A stretch of DNA of 64,000 nucleotides from an uncultured Chloroflexia bacterium (GTDB lineage Bacteria > Chloroflexota > Limnocylindria > Limnocylindrales > CSP1-4), in assembly GCA_963838115.1 (NCBI GenBank), contig CAWIPU010000003.1:26591-90590 (forward strand), written 5' to 3'. The notes beneath the pieces were generated by a model, which worked only from the letters and a program-made list of their open reading frames with translations, searched no databases and had not been told where the DNA came from. Positions 1 to 9,137 of this stretch are shown here, in pieces; position 1 is the first letter of the stretch; the number at the start of each line of letters is the position of its first letter. Made by a program: the position numbers and the translations under genes.

Positions 1-452
1 TAGGTGTTGACGCCGGCGGCCGGAAAGACGCTGCCGATGGTGACGAACTCGCGGTAGATGCCGATGACCAGCGCCGTCGGCGCGAACATCTGTGTGATCA
101 GCACCAGCAACAGGAACAGCAGTCGGCCGCGATAGCGATAGCGTGCCGTGTAGTAGGCCGCGGGCAACGACACGATCAACACCAGCAGTGTGGCGAAGAT
201 GGAGATGATGAGGCTGCTCTTCAAGTAGCCCCACAGCGGCGCCTCTTCCCACACCGTGACGAAGTTGGAGAACTCGAAGCGCGACGGGAGGTATGTCGCC
301 GGGACCGACACCAGCTCGTTCGCCGGCGACAGCGCGGTGATGAGCATCTGGATGTAGGGCGCCATGAAGAAGAAGGCCACCAGCACACCGACGCCCGTCA
401 GCAGGGTCTTCTTGATGGTCGGAGTTCGCGGTCGGGACTGTGTCGTGGTCAC
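1..452 (-). CDS. Carbohydrate ABC transporter permease (MalG-like), truncated by window edge
   Basis: Manual minus-strand translation from GTG 452: MTTTQSRPRTPTIKKTLLTGVGVLVAFFFMAPYIQMLITALSP...YLKSSLIISIFATLLVLIVSLPAAYYTARYRYRGR; abuts upstream permease stop at 454. Confidence 0.85.
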   Translation of the reverse strand, partial: MTTTQSRPRTPTIKKTLLTGVGVLVAFFFMAPYIQMLITALSPANELVSVPATYLPSRFEFSNFVTVWEEAPLWGYLKSSLIISIFATLLVLIVSLPAAYYTARYRYRGRLLFLLLVLITQMFAPTALVIGIYREFVTIGSVFPAAGVNT

Positions 453-453
453 A

Positions 454-1395
454 TCAGGCTCTCCGCCAATCGACGACGCGCAGGTAGAGCAGCACGAAGA
501 GGAGGATGACGCCGAAGTTGACCATGGCCATGGCGGCCGACTGGCCCACATCGAGCAGCTGGAACGCCAGCTTGTACATGTGCGTGGTGGTCGTGTCGGT
601 GAGCGAGCCGGGACCGCCGCGGGTCATGGCCCAGATGATGGGGAACTGGTTGAAGACGTTGATCATGTTGATGATCGCGGCCACCAACAGCGCCGGGCGC
701 AGCAGCGGCAGGGTGAGGCTGACGTAGCTGTGCCACCCGGTCGCGCCGTCCACCTCGCCGGCCTCGTAGATGTCCTTGGGGATGGACTGTAGTCCGGCCA
801 GCAGCACGTAGGTGGTGAACGGCAGTGACACGAAGATAGCCACGAACATGAGCCAGATGAAGGCGGTCGAGGGGTTGCCCAGCCAGTCGTTGATGGGGCC
901 GGAGAGCAGGCCCAGGTCAAGCAGGATGCGGTTGATGATCCCGTAGAAGCCGTCGAGCATCCAGCGCCAGATGGTGGCGGTCATGACCACCGATGCCGCC
1001 CACGGGATGATCAGCGCCCAGCGCACCAGGCGCCGGCCGGGGAAGGCAGCGTTGAGCAGCGAGGCCAACGCCAGCGAGACGAGGATGGTGACGCTGACGA
1101 CGATGACGACCCACGCCAGCGTGCGAGACAGGATACCTGCGAAGTCGGGGTCGGCGAACAGGCGCTCGAAGTTCTCGAAGCCGATGAAGCCCTTGGCCAG
1201 ACCGGAGCGGCTGATCTCCAGCACCGACGTGCGGGCCATCTCGAAGGCCGGCCAGAGCACGACCGCGAAGATGAGCAGGAGCGCGGGGCCGATCCAGGGC
1301 AGCGGTCCCAGGTCGGGCAGTCGCCGACGCCGCCGCGGCGGGTCGGTCCCGCGCTCGGGTGGCTTGTCGACGGGCGCGACGCGTGCCTGGGTCAC
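454..1395 (-). CDS. Carbohydrate ABC transporter permease (MalF-like)
   Basis: Multiple TM helices, EAA loop 'LQSIPKDIYEAGEVDGATGW'. Confidence 0.92.
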   Translation of the reverse strand: MTQARVAPVDKPPERGTDPPRRRRRLPDLGPLPWIGPALLLIFAVVLWPAFEMARTSVLEISRSGLAKGFIGFENFERLFADPDFAGILSRTLAWVVIVVSVTILVSLALASLLNAAFPGRRLVRWALIIPWAASVVMTATIWRWMLDGFYGIINRILLDLGLLSGPINDWLGNPSTAFIWLMFVAIFVSLPFTTYVLLAGLQSIPKDIYEAGEVDGATGWHSYVSLTLPLLRPALLVAAIINMINVFNQFPIIWAMTRGGPGSLTDTTTTHMYKLAFQLLDVGQSAAMAMVNFGVILLFVLLYLRVVDWRRA

Positions 1396-1478
1396 GAATC
1401 TCTCCGTGGAAGTAGAGCGAGGGCCCCAACCCTGCTTGGCTGGGACCCTCGCATGCTAGTCAATCGTGACTGGTTCGG

Positions 1479-2714
1479 TCAGCCTGCTTCGCCGACCGAG
1501 TTGATCCCGTCGAGGATGGCCTGCTTGTCGGCGCCGGGCACGAACGCTGCGCCGATGCCGTCCTGGATGGCACCCTGGACCGAGCCCCACGCAGCCTGGT
1601 CAGAGGGGTAGAAGATGGCCGAGGGCAGGACCTCGATGAATGGGGCCAGGAAGGGGTCTGCCGACATGGCCTCACCAGCGGAGATGGTCGCGGGCAGGAA
1701 GCCGCCCGCCGCGTCGAGGAAGGCCGCGTAGTTCTCCGGCTGGTAGAGGAAGCTCAGGAACTTCTGGATGGCCTCCTGGTTGCCATCCTTCTTGAAGCCG
1801 AAGAAGTAGTCCTGCACGCCAAGCGTGATGGACTCCTTGCCGTCGGCGGCGGGGAAGGGGACCACGCCCCAGTCGACGTCGCTCTGGTACGTGTTCTCAA
1901 GCTCGCCGGGCAGGAAGATGGCGCCGTTGAGCATGCCCACCACGCCCTGGCCGAAGAGCTGGAAGGCGCCCTCGGTACGGTTGAAGGAACCGGGGTTCGG
2001 CTGCGTGCAGCCCATGTCGACCAGCTCCTGCAGGAAGTCCAGGGTCGCCAGGTTCTCTGGCGAGTTGACGACCCAGTTGGTACCGTCGAAGTACTGGCCA
2101 CCGTTGCCGCCGGCCCAGATGAGGAACTCGGCCTGGGCCTCCTCAGGTCCCAACGGGAGTGCCAGCGGCACGACGCCGGGCTGCGTGTCGAGGATGGCCT
2201 GGCAGACAGCCTTGACGTCGCTCCACGTTGCCGGAGGCTCCACGCCGGCGGTCTCAAGGATGGCCTTGTTGTAGAAGAACAGGCGGTCGGACGCCAGGTC
2301 CGGCACCGCGTACTCGACACCGTCGTACTTGGAGTTGTCGCGGAAGCCCTGGATCAGGTCGGCCAACGTGGCTTCATCCACGATCTGGTCGGCGGTATAC
2401 AGCAGGTCGTCGGCGGCGAATGCGGCGAAGTAGTTGAGGTTGGCGATGTCGGGCGGCTCGCCGGTGGCGATGCGCGTGGTCACGACCTGGTCGATGTCAT
2501 TCCAGTTGACCACCTGGACGGTGACGTCGATGTCCGGATTCGCTTCCATGAACCGGCTTGCCAGGTCATCGAAGTAGGGCTGCATGGCATCGGTGTATTG
2601 GGCCGCGATCATCTCGATGCTGGTGCGATCCTGGGCGGCCACCGGCACTGCGCCAGCTACAGCCAACAGGCCCGCGGCGCCGAGAGCCACGACTCCTGAG
2701 AAATGCTTGGTCAT
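1479..2714 (-). CDS. Sugar ABC transporter substrate-binding protein (family 1)
   Basis: ATG 2714 after GAGGAGG RBS; signal peptide ending VAA-QD; 'PDIANL' and 'FFYNKAILE' motifs. Confidence 0.9.
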   Translation of the reverse strand: MTKHFSGVVALGAAGLLAVAGAVPVAAQDRTSIEMIAAQYTDAMQPYFDDLASRFMEANPDIDVTVQVVNWNDIDQVVTTRIATGEPPDIANLNYFAAFAADDLLYTADQIVDEATLADLIQGFRDNSKYDGVEYAVPDLASDRLFFYNKAILETAGVEPPATWSDVKAVCQAILDTQPGVVPLALPLGPEEAQAEFLIWAGGNGGQYFDGTNWVVNSPENLATLDFLQELVDMGCTQPNPGSFNRTEGAFQLFGQGVVGMLNGAIFLPGELENTYQSDVDWGVVPFPAADGKESITLGVQDYFFGFKKDGNQEAIQKFLSFLYQPENYAAFLDAAGGFLPATISAGEAMSADPFLAPFIEVLPSAIFYPSDQAAWGSVQGAIQDGIGAAFVPGADKQAILDGINSVGEAG

Positions 2715-2757
2715 GGGTACTGACCTCCTCCATGTATCCGGGTCCGCCGGCGGCGTC

Positions 2758-2789
2758 ACATCGGAACATCAGGACGTACGGACGTCCGG
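2758..2789. promoter_or_regulatory. Tandem 8-bp repeats ACATCGGA-ACATCAGG-ACGTACGG-ACGTCCGG, putative repressor operator
   Basis: Upstream of the SBP gene; same unit recurs at 7670-7685 and 9067-9090. Confidence 0.6.
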
Positions 2790-2872
2790 TCCTCATCGTG
2801 CCACCGATGTCAAGCCCTTCCACCGGTATCGGGCGCTGGTGCGCCGCGGTGAACTGCCTGATACTGCTCCCT

Positions 2873-3310
2873 GTGGTCGCCGAGCTGCACGCCAGCCGAC
2901 ATCTCCTCCGCGCCAGAGACCTGGCCGATGCGCGCTACGCCGAGCCGCTCACCGTCGCCGACCTGGCAAATGAGGCTGCTCTGTCCGTGGCCCACTTCAG
3001 CCGCGAGTTTCGGCGCACGTTCGGCGAGCCGCCCCACCGCTATCTCATGACTCGCCGTCTGGAGCGTGCGGCGGCTCTGCTCCGCACGACGGACTGGCCG
3101 GTGGCGAGGATCGCGGTCAGCGTCGGTTGGGAGAGCGTCGGTTCCTTCACCACCAGCTTTGGCCGGGTCTGCGGCATGTCGCCGACGCGCTACCGGGCCT
3201 CACGCCCGGCCGCCAGCCGCATGGCGCAGGTCCCCGCCTGCGTGGTGCGTGCCTACGCTCGTCCGCCGAACCGCACGTTTCGAGAAGACAGGGCTTCCAC
3301 AGCCGGCTAG
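2873..3310 (+). CDS. AraC-family transcriptional regulator (HTH only)
   Basis: 'EPLTVADLANEAALSVAHFSREFRRTFGEPPHRYL...SFTTSFGRVCGMSPTRYR'; GTG 2873 chosen as start. Confidence 0.88.
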   Translation: MVAELHASRHLLRARDLADARYAEPLTVADLANEAALSVAHFSREFRRTFGEPPHRYLMTRRLERAAALLRTTDWPVARIAVSVGWESVGSFTTSFGRVCGMSPTRYRASRPAASRMAQVPACVVRAYARPPNRTFREDRASTAG

Positions 3311-3363
3311 CGTCAGCCCATCGATCGGCCGCATGGGCCGACGCGCAGCCGGCAGGAGGAACG

Positions 3364-3810
3364 ATGATCAGGTTCGCAAGCGCCATGCTCTGGGTCCATG
3401 ACCAGGACGAGGCATTGGCCTTCTACGTCGACAAGATCGGCCTTGAAGTTCGCTCTGATGTCACCGTGCCCGAGATGGGCGACTTCCGCTGGCTGGCCGT
3501 CGGCCCTCCAGGTCAGCCCGACATCTCGATCGTGCTGATGGCCATCAGCAGTCCACCGATCCCCGACACCACTACCCTTGAGCAGGTCCGCGAGGTCGTG
3601 GCCAAGGGCCAGGCCAACGGTATCTTCCTGATCACCCAGGACATCCGTGCCGACTACGAGCGCCTGACCGCGCTGGGCGTGGAGTTCACGGCGCCGCCCG
3701 AGGAGCGCTTCTACGGCATCGATGCCGGGTTCCGCGATCCGTCCGGCAACCACAACCGTCTCACGCAACCGACGCCGGCGTCAGACTGGGAGCCCGGCCG
3801 AGCCCACTGA
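3364..3810 (+). CDS. VOC/glyoxalase family protein
   Basis: 'LWVHDQDEALAFYVDKIG...FRDPSGN'; GGAGG RBS before ATG 3364; typical partner of the short AraC gene. Confidence 0.88.
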   Translation: MIRFASAMLWVHDQDEALAFYVDKIGLEVRSDVTVPEMGDFRWLAVGPPGQPDISIVLMAISSPPIPDTTTLEQVREVVAKGQANGIFLITQDIRADYERLTALGVEFTAPPEERFYGIDAGFRDPSGNHNRLTQPTPASDWEPGRAH

Positions 3811-3827
3811 CGGGGTAGCATCGGACC

Positions 3828-4883
3828 GTGCCGTCCGTCCTCTCGCGAAAGATCCCGCTGGCCGAGCTGCATTGCCACCTTGGCGGTGCCGTATCGCCAG
3901 CCATCATGTGGGGCATCGCCCACTCCCAGGGCATCCGGCTGCCCAGCAAGGACTTCTGGGAGTTCCGCGAGATGATCACCGTGTCCAAGCGGCGCGGGCG
4001 GTCCTTTGATGGCTACCTCCAGCTGTTCCACTGGACGGAGCTGATCCAGTCCTCCCCGCTCGCGGTGGAGCGTGCCGCCTACGAGGTCATCGGCGGGGCC
4101 TACCGCAAGAACCACATCACCACCATGGAGCTGCGCTTCAATCCCATGAAGCGAAACCGTGGCGGCGAGCAGGACCTGGACCACATCATCAGCGCCGCCA
4201 TCCGCGGCATGGACCTGGCCACCCTCGAGTACCCCATCAAGCCCGGCCTCATCCTCTGCCTCGACCGCGCGTTTCCCGAACACCTCAACGAGATCATCGT
4301 GGAGAAGGCCATCGCCTACCGCCATCGCGGCGTGGTCGGCATCGATATCGCCGGCCCGGAGTCGGCCACCTTCGACCCGGCGCACTACAAGGCCGCCTTC
4401 CGACGCGCACGCCAGCACGGCCTTGGCATCACCGTGCATACCGGTGAGTCGGGCCCGGTAGAAGAGGTCGCCGAGGTCATCCGCCACCTCGAGCCAGATC
4501 GCCTTGGCCACGGCGTCAAGTCGGCCTATGACGAGAAGACGATGGGCATGATCCGAGAACGCGGCATCACCCTGGAGCTGTGCCCCACCAGCAACCTCAA
4601 CTCCCGCGTCGTGTCGGGCTGGGACGAGTTCGCCTGGATCATCGACACGTTCCACCAGAACGGTGTGCGCTACACCATCAACACCGACGGCCCGGAGATG
4701 CTCAACACCTATATCCGCGATGAGATGGCGTCGCTGGCCCGCCACGGCATCCTCTCGCTGGAGCAGCAGGAGCAGGCCGCGGCATGGGCGCGTGAGGCCT
4801 CCTTCGTGGAGGGTGCCTCCGACGTCCCGGCGCCCAGGCGCACCCCCGCGACGCGTCGCCAGATCGAGCGCGAAGAAGCCTGA
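3828..4883 (+). CDS. Adenosine/adenine deaminase family amidohydrolase
   Basis: HCHLGG, HTGE, RLGHG, LCPTSN, NTDGP metal-binding motifs. Confidence 0.88.
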   Translation: MPSVLSRKIPLAELHCHLGGAVSPAIMWGIAHSQGIRLPSKDFWEFREMITVSKRRGRSFDGYLQLFHWTELIQSSPLAVERAAYEVIGGAYRKNHITTMELRFNPMKRNRGGEQDLDHIISAAIRGMDLATLEYPIKPGLILCLDRAFPEHLNEIIVEKAIAYRHRGVVGIDIAGPESATFDPAHYKAAFRRARQHGLGITVHTGESGPVEEVAEVIRHLEPDRLGHGVKSAYDEKTMGMIRERGITLELCPTSNLNSRVVSGWDEFAWIIDTFHQNGVRYTINTDGPEMLNTYIRDEMASLARHGILSLEQQEQAAAWAREASFVEGASDVPAPRRTPATRRQIEREEA

Positions 4884-4918
4884 GTCGACCGCCCCAGTCG
4901 ACCGCAGAGGAGACGAGC

Positions 4919-5623
4919 ATGCGTGTGATGGCCATCGGCGCCCACCCCGACGACCTGGAGATCCTGTGCGCGGGCACGCTGGCCCGATATGCCGCCGAGG
5001 GGCACGACGTGACGATGTGCCACGTGGCGCGCGGTGACCGCGGCTCGTACGAGCACACCCGCGACGAGATCGCGGAGATCCGCGACCTCGAAGCACGCCG
5101 GGCCGCGGAGGTGATCGGTGCCGGGTACCTGGCCTTGGGTGTGGCCGACGGCGAGGTCGACGCGTCCGACCCTCGTCAACGGGAGCTGACGGTCGAGGCC
5201 ATCCGGGTGTCGCGGCCAGACGTGGTGCTGGCCCACGCTCCCAACGATTACATGACCGACCACGTCGAGGCCTCGCGGCTGGCGCTGGACTCGAGCTTCC
5301 TGGCCACGCTCCCACTGTTCGAGACTTCCTCGCCGCACCTGGCCGACGTGCCGGCGTTGGCCTACATGGAGACCGTGTCCGGCAACGACTTCGTGCCCAC
5401 CGAGTTCGTCGATATCTCCGACTTCCTCGAGTCCAAGCTGGCCATGCTGGCGCAGCACCAGAGCCAGTTGGCCTGGCTGGCCGACCACGACGATGTCGAC
5501 ATGCTCGAGCAGGTGCGCACGGTGTCGAGGTACCGCGGGCTCCAGTGCGGCGTCGCGGCGGCCGAGGGCTTCATCGGCTGCAACGTCTGGCTGCGGGCGC
5601 GAACGAGCCGCTTCCTGCCCTGA
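4919..5623 (+). CDS. PIG-L/LmbE family N-acetyl-sugar deacetylase
   Basis: AHPDD and DH zinc motifs, 'HQSQ'. Confidence 0.9.
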   Translation: MRVMAIGAHPDDLEILCAGTLARYAAEGHDVTMCHVARGDRGSYEHTRDEIAEIRDLEARRAAEVIGAGYLALGVADGEVDASDPRQRELTVEAIRVSRPDVVLAHAPNDYMTDHVEASRLALDSSFLATLPLFETSSPHLADVPALAYMETVSGNDFVPTEFVDISDFLESKLAMLAQHQSQLAWLADHDDVDMLEQVRTVSRYRGLQCGVAAAEGFIGCNVWLRARTSRFLP

Positions 5624-5644
5624 ACGACTGCCAGTTGCCCTGAG

Positions 5645-6625
5645 CTAAAGGAGCGCCTCTGCTTCGGCGAGGGTGGCTTGGCCGTCGACGCCACCGATGG
5701 CGCGCGTGGAGAGCGTGCCGCAGGCCACCGCCAGGGCCAATGCCTCCCCCAGCGGTCGACCGTCGAGGAAGCCGTAGAGGAAGCCGGCATCGAAGGCATC
5801 GCCGGCACCGGTCGAATCGACCACTTCGACCTGGTCGGCCGGGAGCCGCAGGGCCTCATCGCCACGCACGGCCAGCGCACCGTCTGCGCCCAGCTTCACC
5901 ACTACCGTCAGTGGAGCCGCATCGGCGGAGCGGCCGGCATCCTGGGCTCGGGCGATGAGCGCAGCGGCGGCCTCAAGCGGATCCATGACGCCCGAGATGA
6001 GCGCCGCCTCGCGCTCGTTGGGCAGGAAGATGTCCGCCTCCGCCAGCATCGGGTCGATGCCCTCCCAGCGCCGGTCGGGATCCCAGTTGGTGTCGAAAGA
6101 GGTCGTCACTCCAGCGGCGCGAGCTTCGCGGAACAGCGCCGGCAGACCGGGGCGCAAACGCGGCTGGATGGCCGTGGAACCGGCGTGGAGGTGTCGGATC
6201 TGCGAGAGGATCTCACGCGGCACGTCTTGTGCGCGCAGCCGGTCTATGGTGCCGGTCGCGGTCAGCATGGCGCGCTGGTCGCCCTTGCCCAGGTGCACCG
6301 TGGCACCGGTAGGGATGGCCGGCTCCACCGAGACGGTCGAGGTATCGACACCGCGGTCGCGGAGGGCTTCGAGGATGGCATGGCCCAGCATGTCATCACC
6401 GACGATGCCGCCGTGCGCCACGCGCAAGCCCAATCGCGCCGCTCCGCAGGCAGTGATGGCCGACGAGCCACCCACGGTCAAGCGGATGGTGCCGACATAC
6501 TTCTCGACCTGGCCGAACTCGGGCACCACGTCATCACCGATGACGAGGATGTCCGGATTGACGTCACCGATGACGTAGAGGTCGGTCTCGCGCTCAGGTG
6601 CCCGGGTCGGCGGCGTGTCAGTCAC
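5645..6625 (-). CDS. PfkB-family carbohydrate kinase
   Basis: GGSSAITA N-terminal signature, PNEREA, DSTGAGDAF signature. Confidence 0.92.
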   Translation of the reverse strand: MTDTPPTRAPERETDLYVIGDVNPDILVIGDDVVPEFGQVEKYVGTIRLTVGGSSAITACGAARLGLRVAHGGIVGDDMLGHAILEALRDRGVDTSTVSVEPAIPTGATVHLGKGDQRAMLTATGTIDRLRAQDVPREILSQIRHLHAGSTAIQPRLRPGLPALFREARAAGVTTSFDTNWDPDRRWEGIDPMLAEADIFLPNEREAALISGVMDPLEAAAALIARAQDAGRSADAAPLTVVVKLGADGALAVRGDEALRLPADQVEVVDSTGAGDAFDAGFLYGFLDGRPLGEALALAVACGTLSTRAIGGVDGQATLAEAEALL

Positions 6626-7598
6626 TCACGTTGCCTGGGTAGTCGGTGTACCAGCCCTCGGCCAGCACGACATGCTCAAGGAGAGGCGAGCGCTCTCGCC
6701 AGGGACGCGCCTCGCTTTCGACGATGTCGACCAGCCGTTGCATGCGAGCGACACCGACCGATGCCAGCCAGGCGTCGCGCTCCGCCCCGACCATGTTGGC
6801 GCCTTCCTTCCACACCGAGCGGCCGACCAGCACGCCCGAGGCGCCGGCGGCGCAGGCGATCTCCGTCTGTGCCTCGAAGGTGGCGTCGTCGACGCCGGCC
6901 GAGAGGATGGCCCATGGGATGGCTGTTGCCTCGTCCAGCTCGGCACAGGCCTCCTTCCAGCGCGTGCGGTCCGTGACCGAGGCGTCGAAGGGGAACTCGC
7001 ACTTGAGCACGTCGCCACCGAGGGCGGTGAGGCGTCGCGCCGTGCGCACCACCACATCGCGTCGCGCATCATCGGTCAGCGTCGCCCCCTCCTGGAGCGC
7101 GAAGCCAAGGGTCTCCAGGAAGAGAGGGATGTCGACATCGGCGCACCACTCGGCCACCTCGATGAGCAACCGCTCCTGGTCCTCCGCCCTCTCGGCGTCA
7201 GGGTGGTAGTAGAGCAACAGCTTCACCGCGTCGGCGCCCATGCGCTTGATCTGGGTGACACCCCAACCCGGCATGAGACGGCTATGCCGCGCCGTAGAGG
7301 GGCCCTCGTAGCCCGTCTCTTCCACCGACACCAGCAGGCCGCAACCGGGAGGTAGCGAGCCGTCGGCGACCGCCGGACCGGCGCCCAGTTCGGGGTCCAG
7401 CAAGATGCCGCTGGCCGTGCCGGCGATGGCGCGCACGACGGCCTGCTTGACCTCCACCATCCGTTCGTAGGTGACGGCATCTGGATCGTCCGGTCCGAGC
7501 AGCCTGCGCAGGTTGTTGCGATGGTCGAGCGCCAGGATCGAGAACGTGCCGCGGTCGGAGGCACAGGCGTCCAGGCCGCGAAGTGTGCCGAGCCTCAC
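6618..7598 (-). CDS. Tagatose-1,6-bisphosphate aldolase-like class I aldolase (LacD family)
   Basis: LALDHR, ILLDPE, 'AVKLLLYY', 'DVLKCEFP', 'ILSAGV', 'VGRSVW' motifs. Confidence 0.85.
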   Translation of the reverse strand: MRLGTLRGLDACASDRGTFSILALDHRNNLRRLLGPDDPDAVTYERMVEVKQAVVRAIAGTASGILLDPELGAGPAVADGSLPPGCGLLVSVEETGYEGPSTARHSRLMPGWGVTQIKRMGADAVKLLLYYHPDAERAEDQERLLIEVAEWCADVDIPLFLETLGFALQEGATLTDDARRDVVVRTARRLTALGGDVLKCEFPFDASVTDRTRWKEACAELDEATAIPWAILSAGVDDATFEAQTEIACAAGASGVLVGRSVWKEGANMVGAERDAWLASVGVARMQRLVDIVESEARPWRERSPLLEHVVLAEGWYTDYPGNVSD

Positions 7599-7669
7599 GG
7601 CAGCATCCTCCTTGTGGTGTGAACGGCAGCTTCAGCGGTGGGCCACCGTGTCGATGCTACCATCGCCCG

Positions 7670-7685
7670 AGGTACGGACGTCCGT
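7670..7685. promoter_or_regulatory. AGGTACGG-ACGTCCGT, operator-like repeat in the divergent aldolase/GH4 promoter
   Basis: Matches the repeat units at 2758-2789 and 9067-9090. Confidence 0.5.
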
Positions 7686-7754
7686 ATCTCATGCGGCAAG
7701 CATCGTGTCGGCTGCCGGAACGGCACCGGCTGAAGCGCTGGAGGGAGACGATCG

Positions 7755-9050
7755 ATGACGCGTATCGTGCTGGTTGGCGCTGGAAGCGTCGAATTCACCC
7801 GCAATCTTCTGGGCGACATGTTGGTCTACCCGGAGTTGCGTGAGGCCACCATCGTGCTGCACGACATCGATGCCGATCGCCTTCGCACGGCTGAGCGGAT
7901 GGCGGCCTGGACAGCCTCGGCCCTTGGCGCCTCACCGGCCATCGAGGGCCATCTCGATCGACGTGCTGCACTCGAGGGAGCGGACTTCGTCATCGACACC
8001 ATCCAGGTTGGTGGCGCCCGAGCGACCCAGATCGACTTCGACATCCCGGCGCGCTACGGGCTCCGCTACACCATCAACGACACCATCAACGTGGGTGGCG
8101 TGATGCGCGGACTGCGCTCGATCCCGGTCGTGCTCGACATCGTGCACGACATGGAACAGGTGTGCCCCGATGCTTGGTTCCTGAACTACACCAACCCCAT
8201 GGGCATGCTGGTGCGGGCCGTTGCCGAGCGCAGCGGGATCAGGACCGTGGGGCTGTGTCACTCCGTCTTCTGGACCATCGACACCCTCGCGGGCTACCTG
8301 GGCCTGCCGCGCGAGGAGATGGACTACGTCTCGGCGGGGGTCAACCACCTGGCCTTCCTGCTGCGACTCGAGCACCGTGGCCGCGACCTCTATCCCGAGC
8401 TGCGATCGTTCGTGGCCGAGGGTCGGGTGCCCGATGACGACCTGGTACGGGCGGAACTCTTCTCCCGGCTCGGCTACTACCCTACTGAATCGTCCGAGCA
8501 CCACGCCGAATACAACCCTTGGTTCATCCCCAAGGGAGATGCTGTGGAGCGCTATCACATCCCCATCGGGGAATACCTCGATCGCGTCGCCCACAACCTC
8601 GATGAGTACGCTGAGACCAAGCGACGGCTCGACGCCGGCGAGCCCTTCGAGATCGAGCAGAGCGGCGAGTACGCCGCGGTGATCATCCACTCACTGCTGA
8701 CCAGCGAGCCCGCTCGCATCGTGGGCAATGTGATGAACGATGGATCGCTGATCGCCAACCTGGCCGCCGACGCGTGCGTCGAGGTCACCTGTCTGGTCGA
8801 TGGCACCGGGGTCTGGCCGGTGCATGCTGGAGCCTTGCCGCCCCAGTGCAGTGCTTACATCGGTCCGGCCGTGGATACGCAGGCTTTGACCGTGCGGGCA
8901 GCCCTGGACCAGGATCGTGAGGCCATCTATCACGCGGTCATGCAGGATCCCCAGATCATGGCACGTCTGAGCCTGGACGAGACCTGGCGGCTGACCGACG
9001 AGTTGATCGAGGCCGAGGCCGAGTGGCTGCCCGGCTGGCTCCAGGCTTGA
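7755..9050 (+). CDS. Family 4 glycoside hydrolase (alpha-galactosidase MelA-like)
   Basis: GAGS NAD-binding start, NYTNP, GLCHS, GVNH, 'TESSEHHAEY'. Confidence 0.92.
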   Translation: MTRIVLVGAGSVEFTRNLLGDMLVYPELREATIVLHDIDADRLRTAERMAAWTASALGASPAIEGHLDRRAALEGADFVIDTIQVGGARATQIDFDIPARYGLRYTINDTINVGGVMRGLRSIPVVLDIVHDMEQVCPDAWFLNYTNPMGMLVRAVAERSGIRTVGLCHSVFWTIDTLAGYLGLPREEMDYVSAGVNHLAFLLRLEHRGRDLYPELRSFVAEGRVPDDDLVRAELFSRLGYYPTESSEHHAEYNPWFIPKGDAVERYHIPIGEYLDRVAHNLDEYAETKRRLDAGEPFEIEQSGEYAAVIIHSLLTSEPARIVGNVMNDGSLIANLAADACVEVTCLVDGTGVWPVHAGALPPQCSAYIGPAVDTQALTVRAALDQDREAIYHAVMQDPQIMARLSLDETWRLTDELIEAEAEWLPGWLQA

Positions 9051-9066
9051 CACTCCTGCGACGATG

Positions 9067-9090
9067 ACATCCGGACATCCGGACATCCGG
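9067..9090. repeat. Perfect tandem repeat (ACATCCGG)x3 upstream of the SBP gene, putative operator
   Basis: Directly visible; continues as ATGT, giving the palindrome ACATCCGGATGT. Confidence 0.75.
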
Positions 9091-9137
9091 ATGTTCCCCG
9101 GCCGACGGGCCGTGGTCGTACGCAGGAGGTTGGCTCG

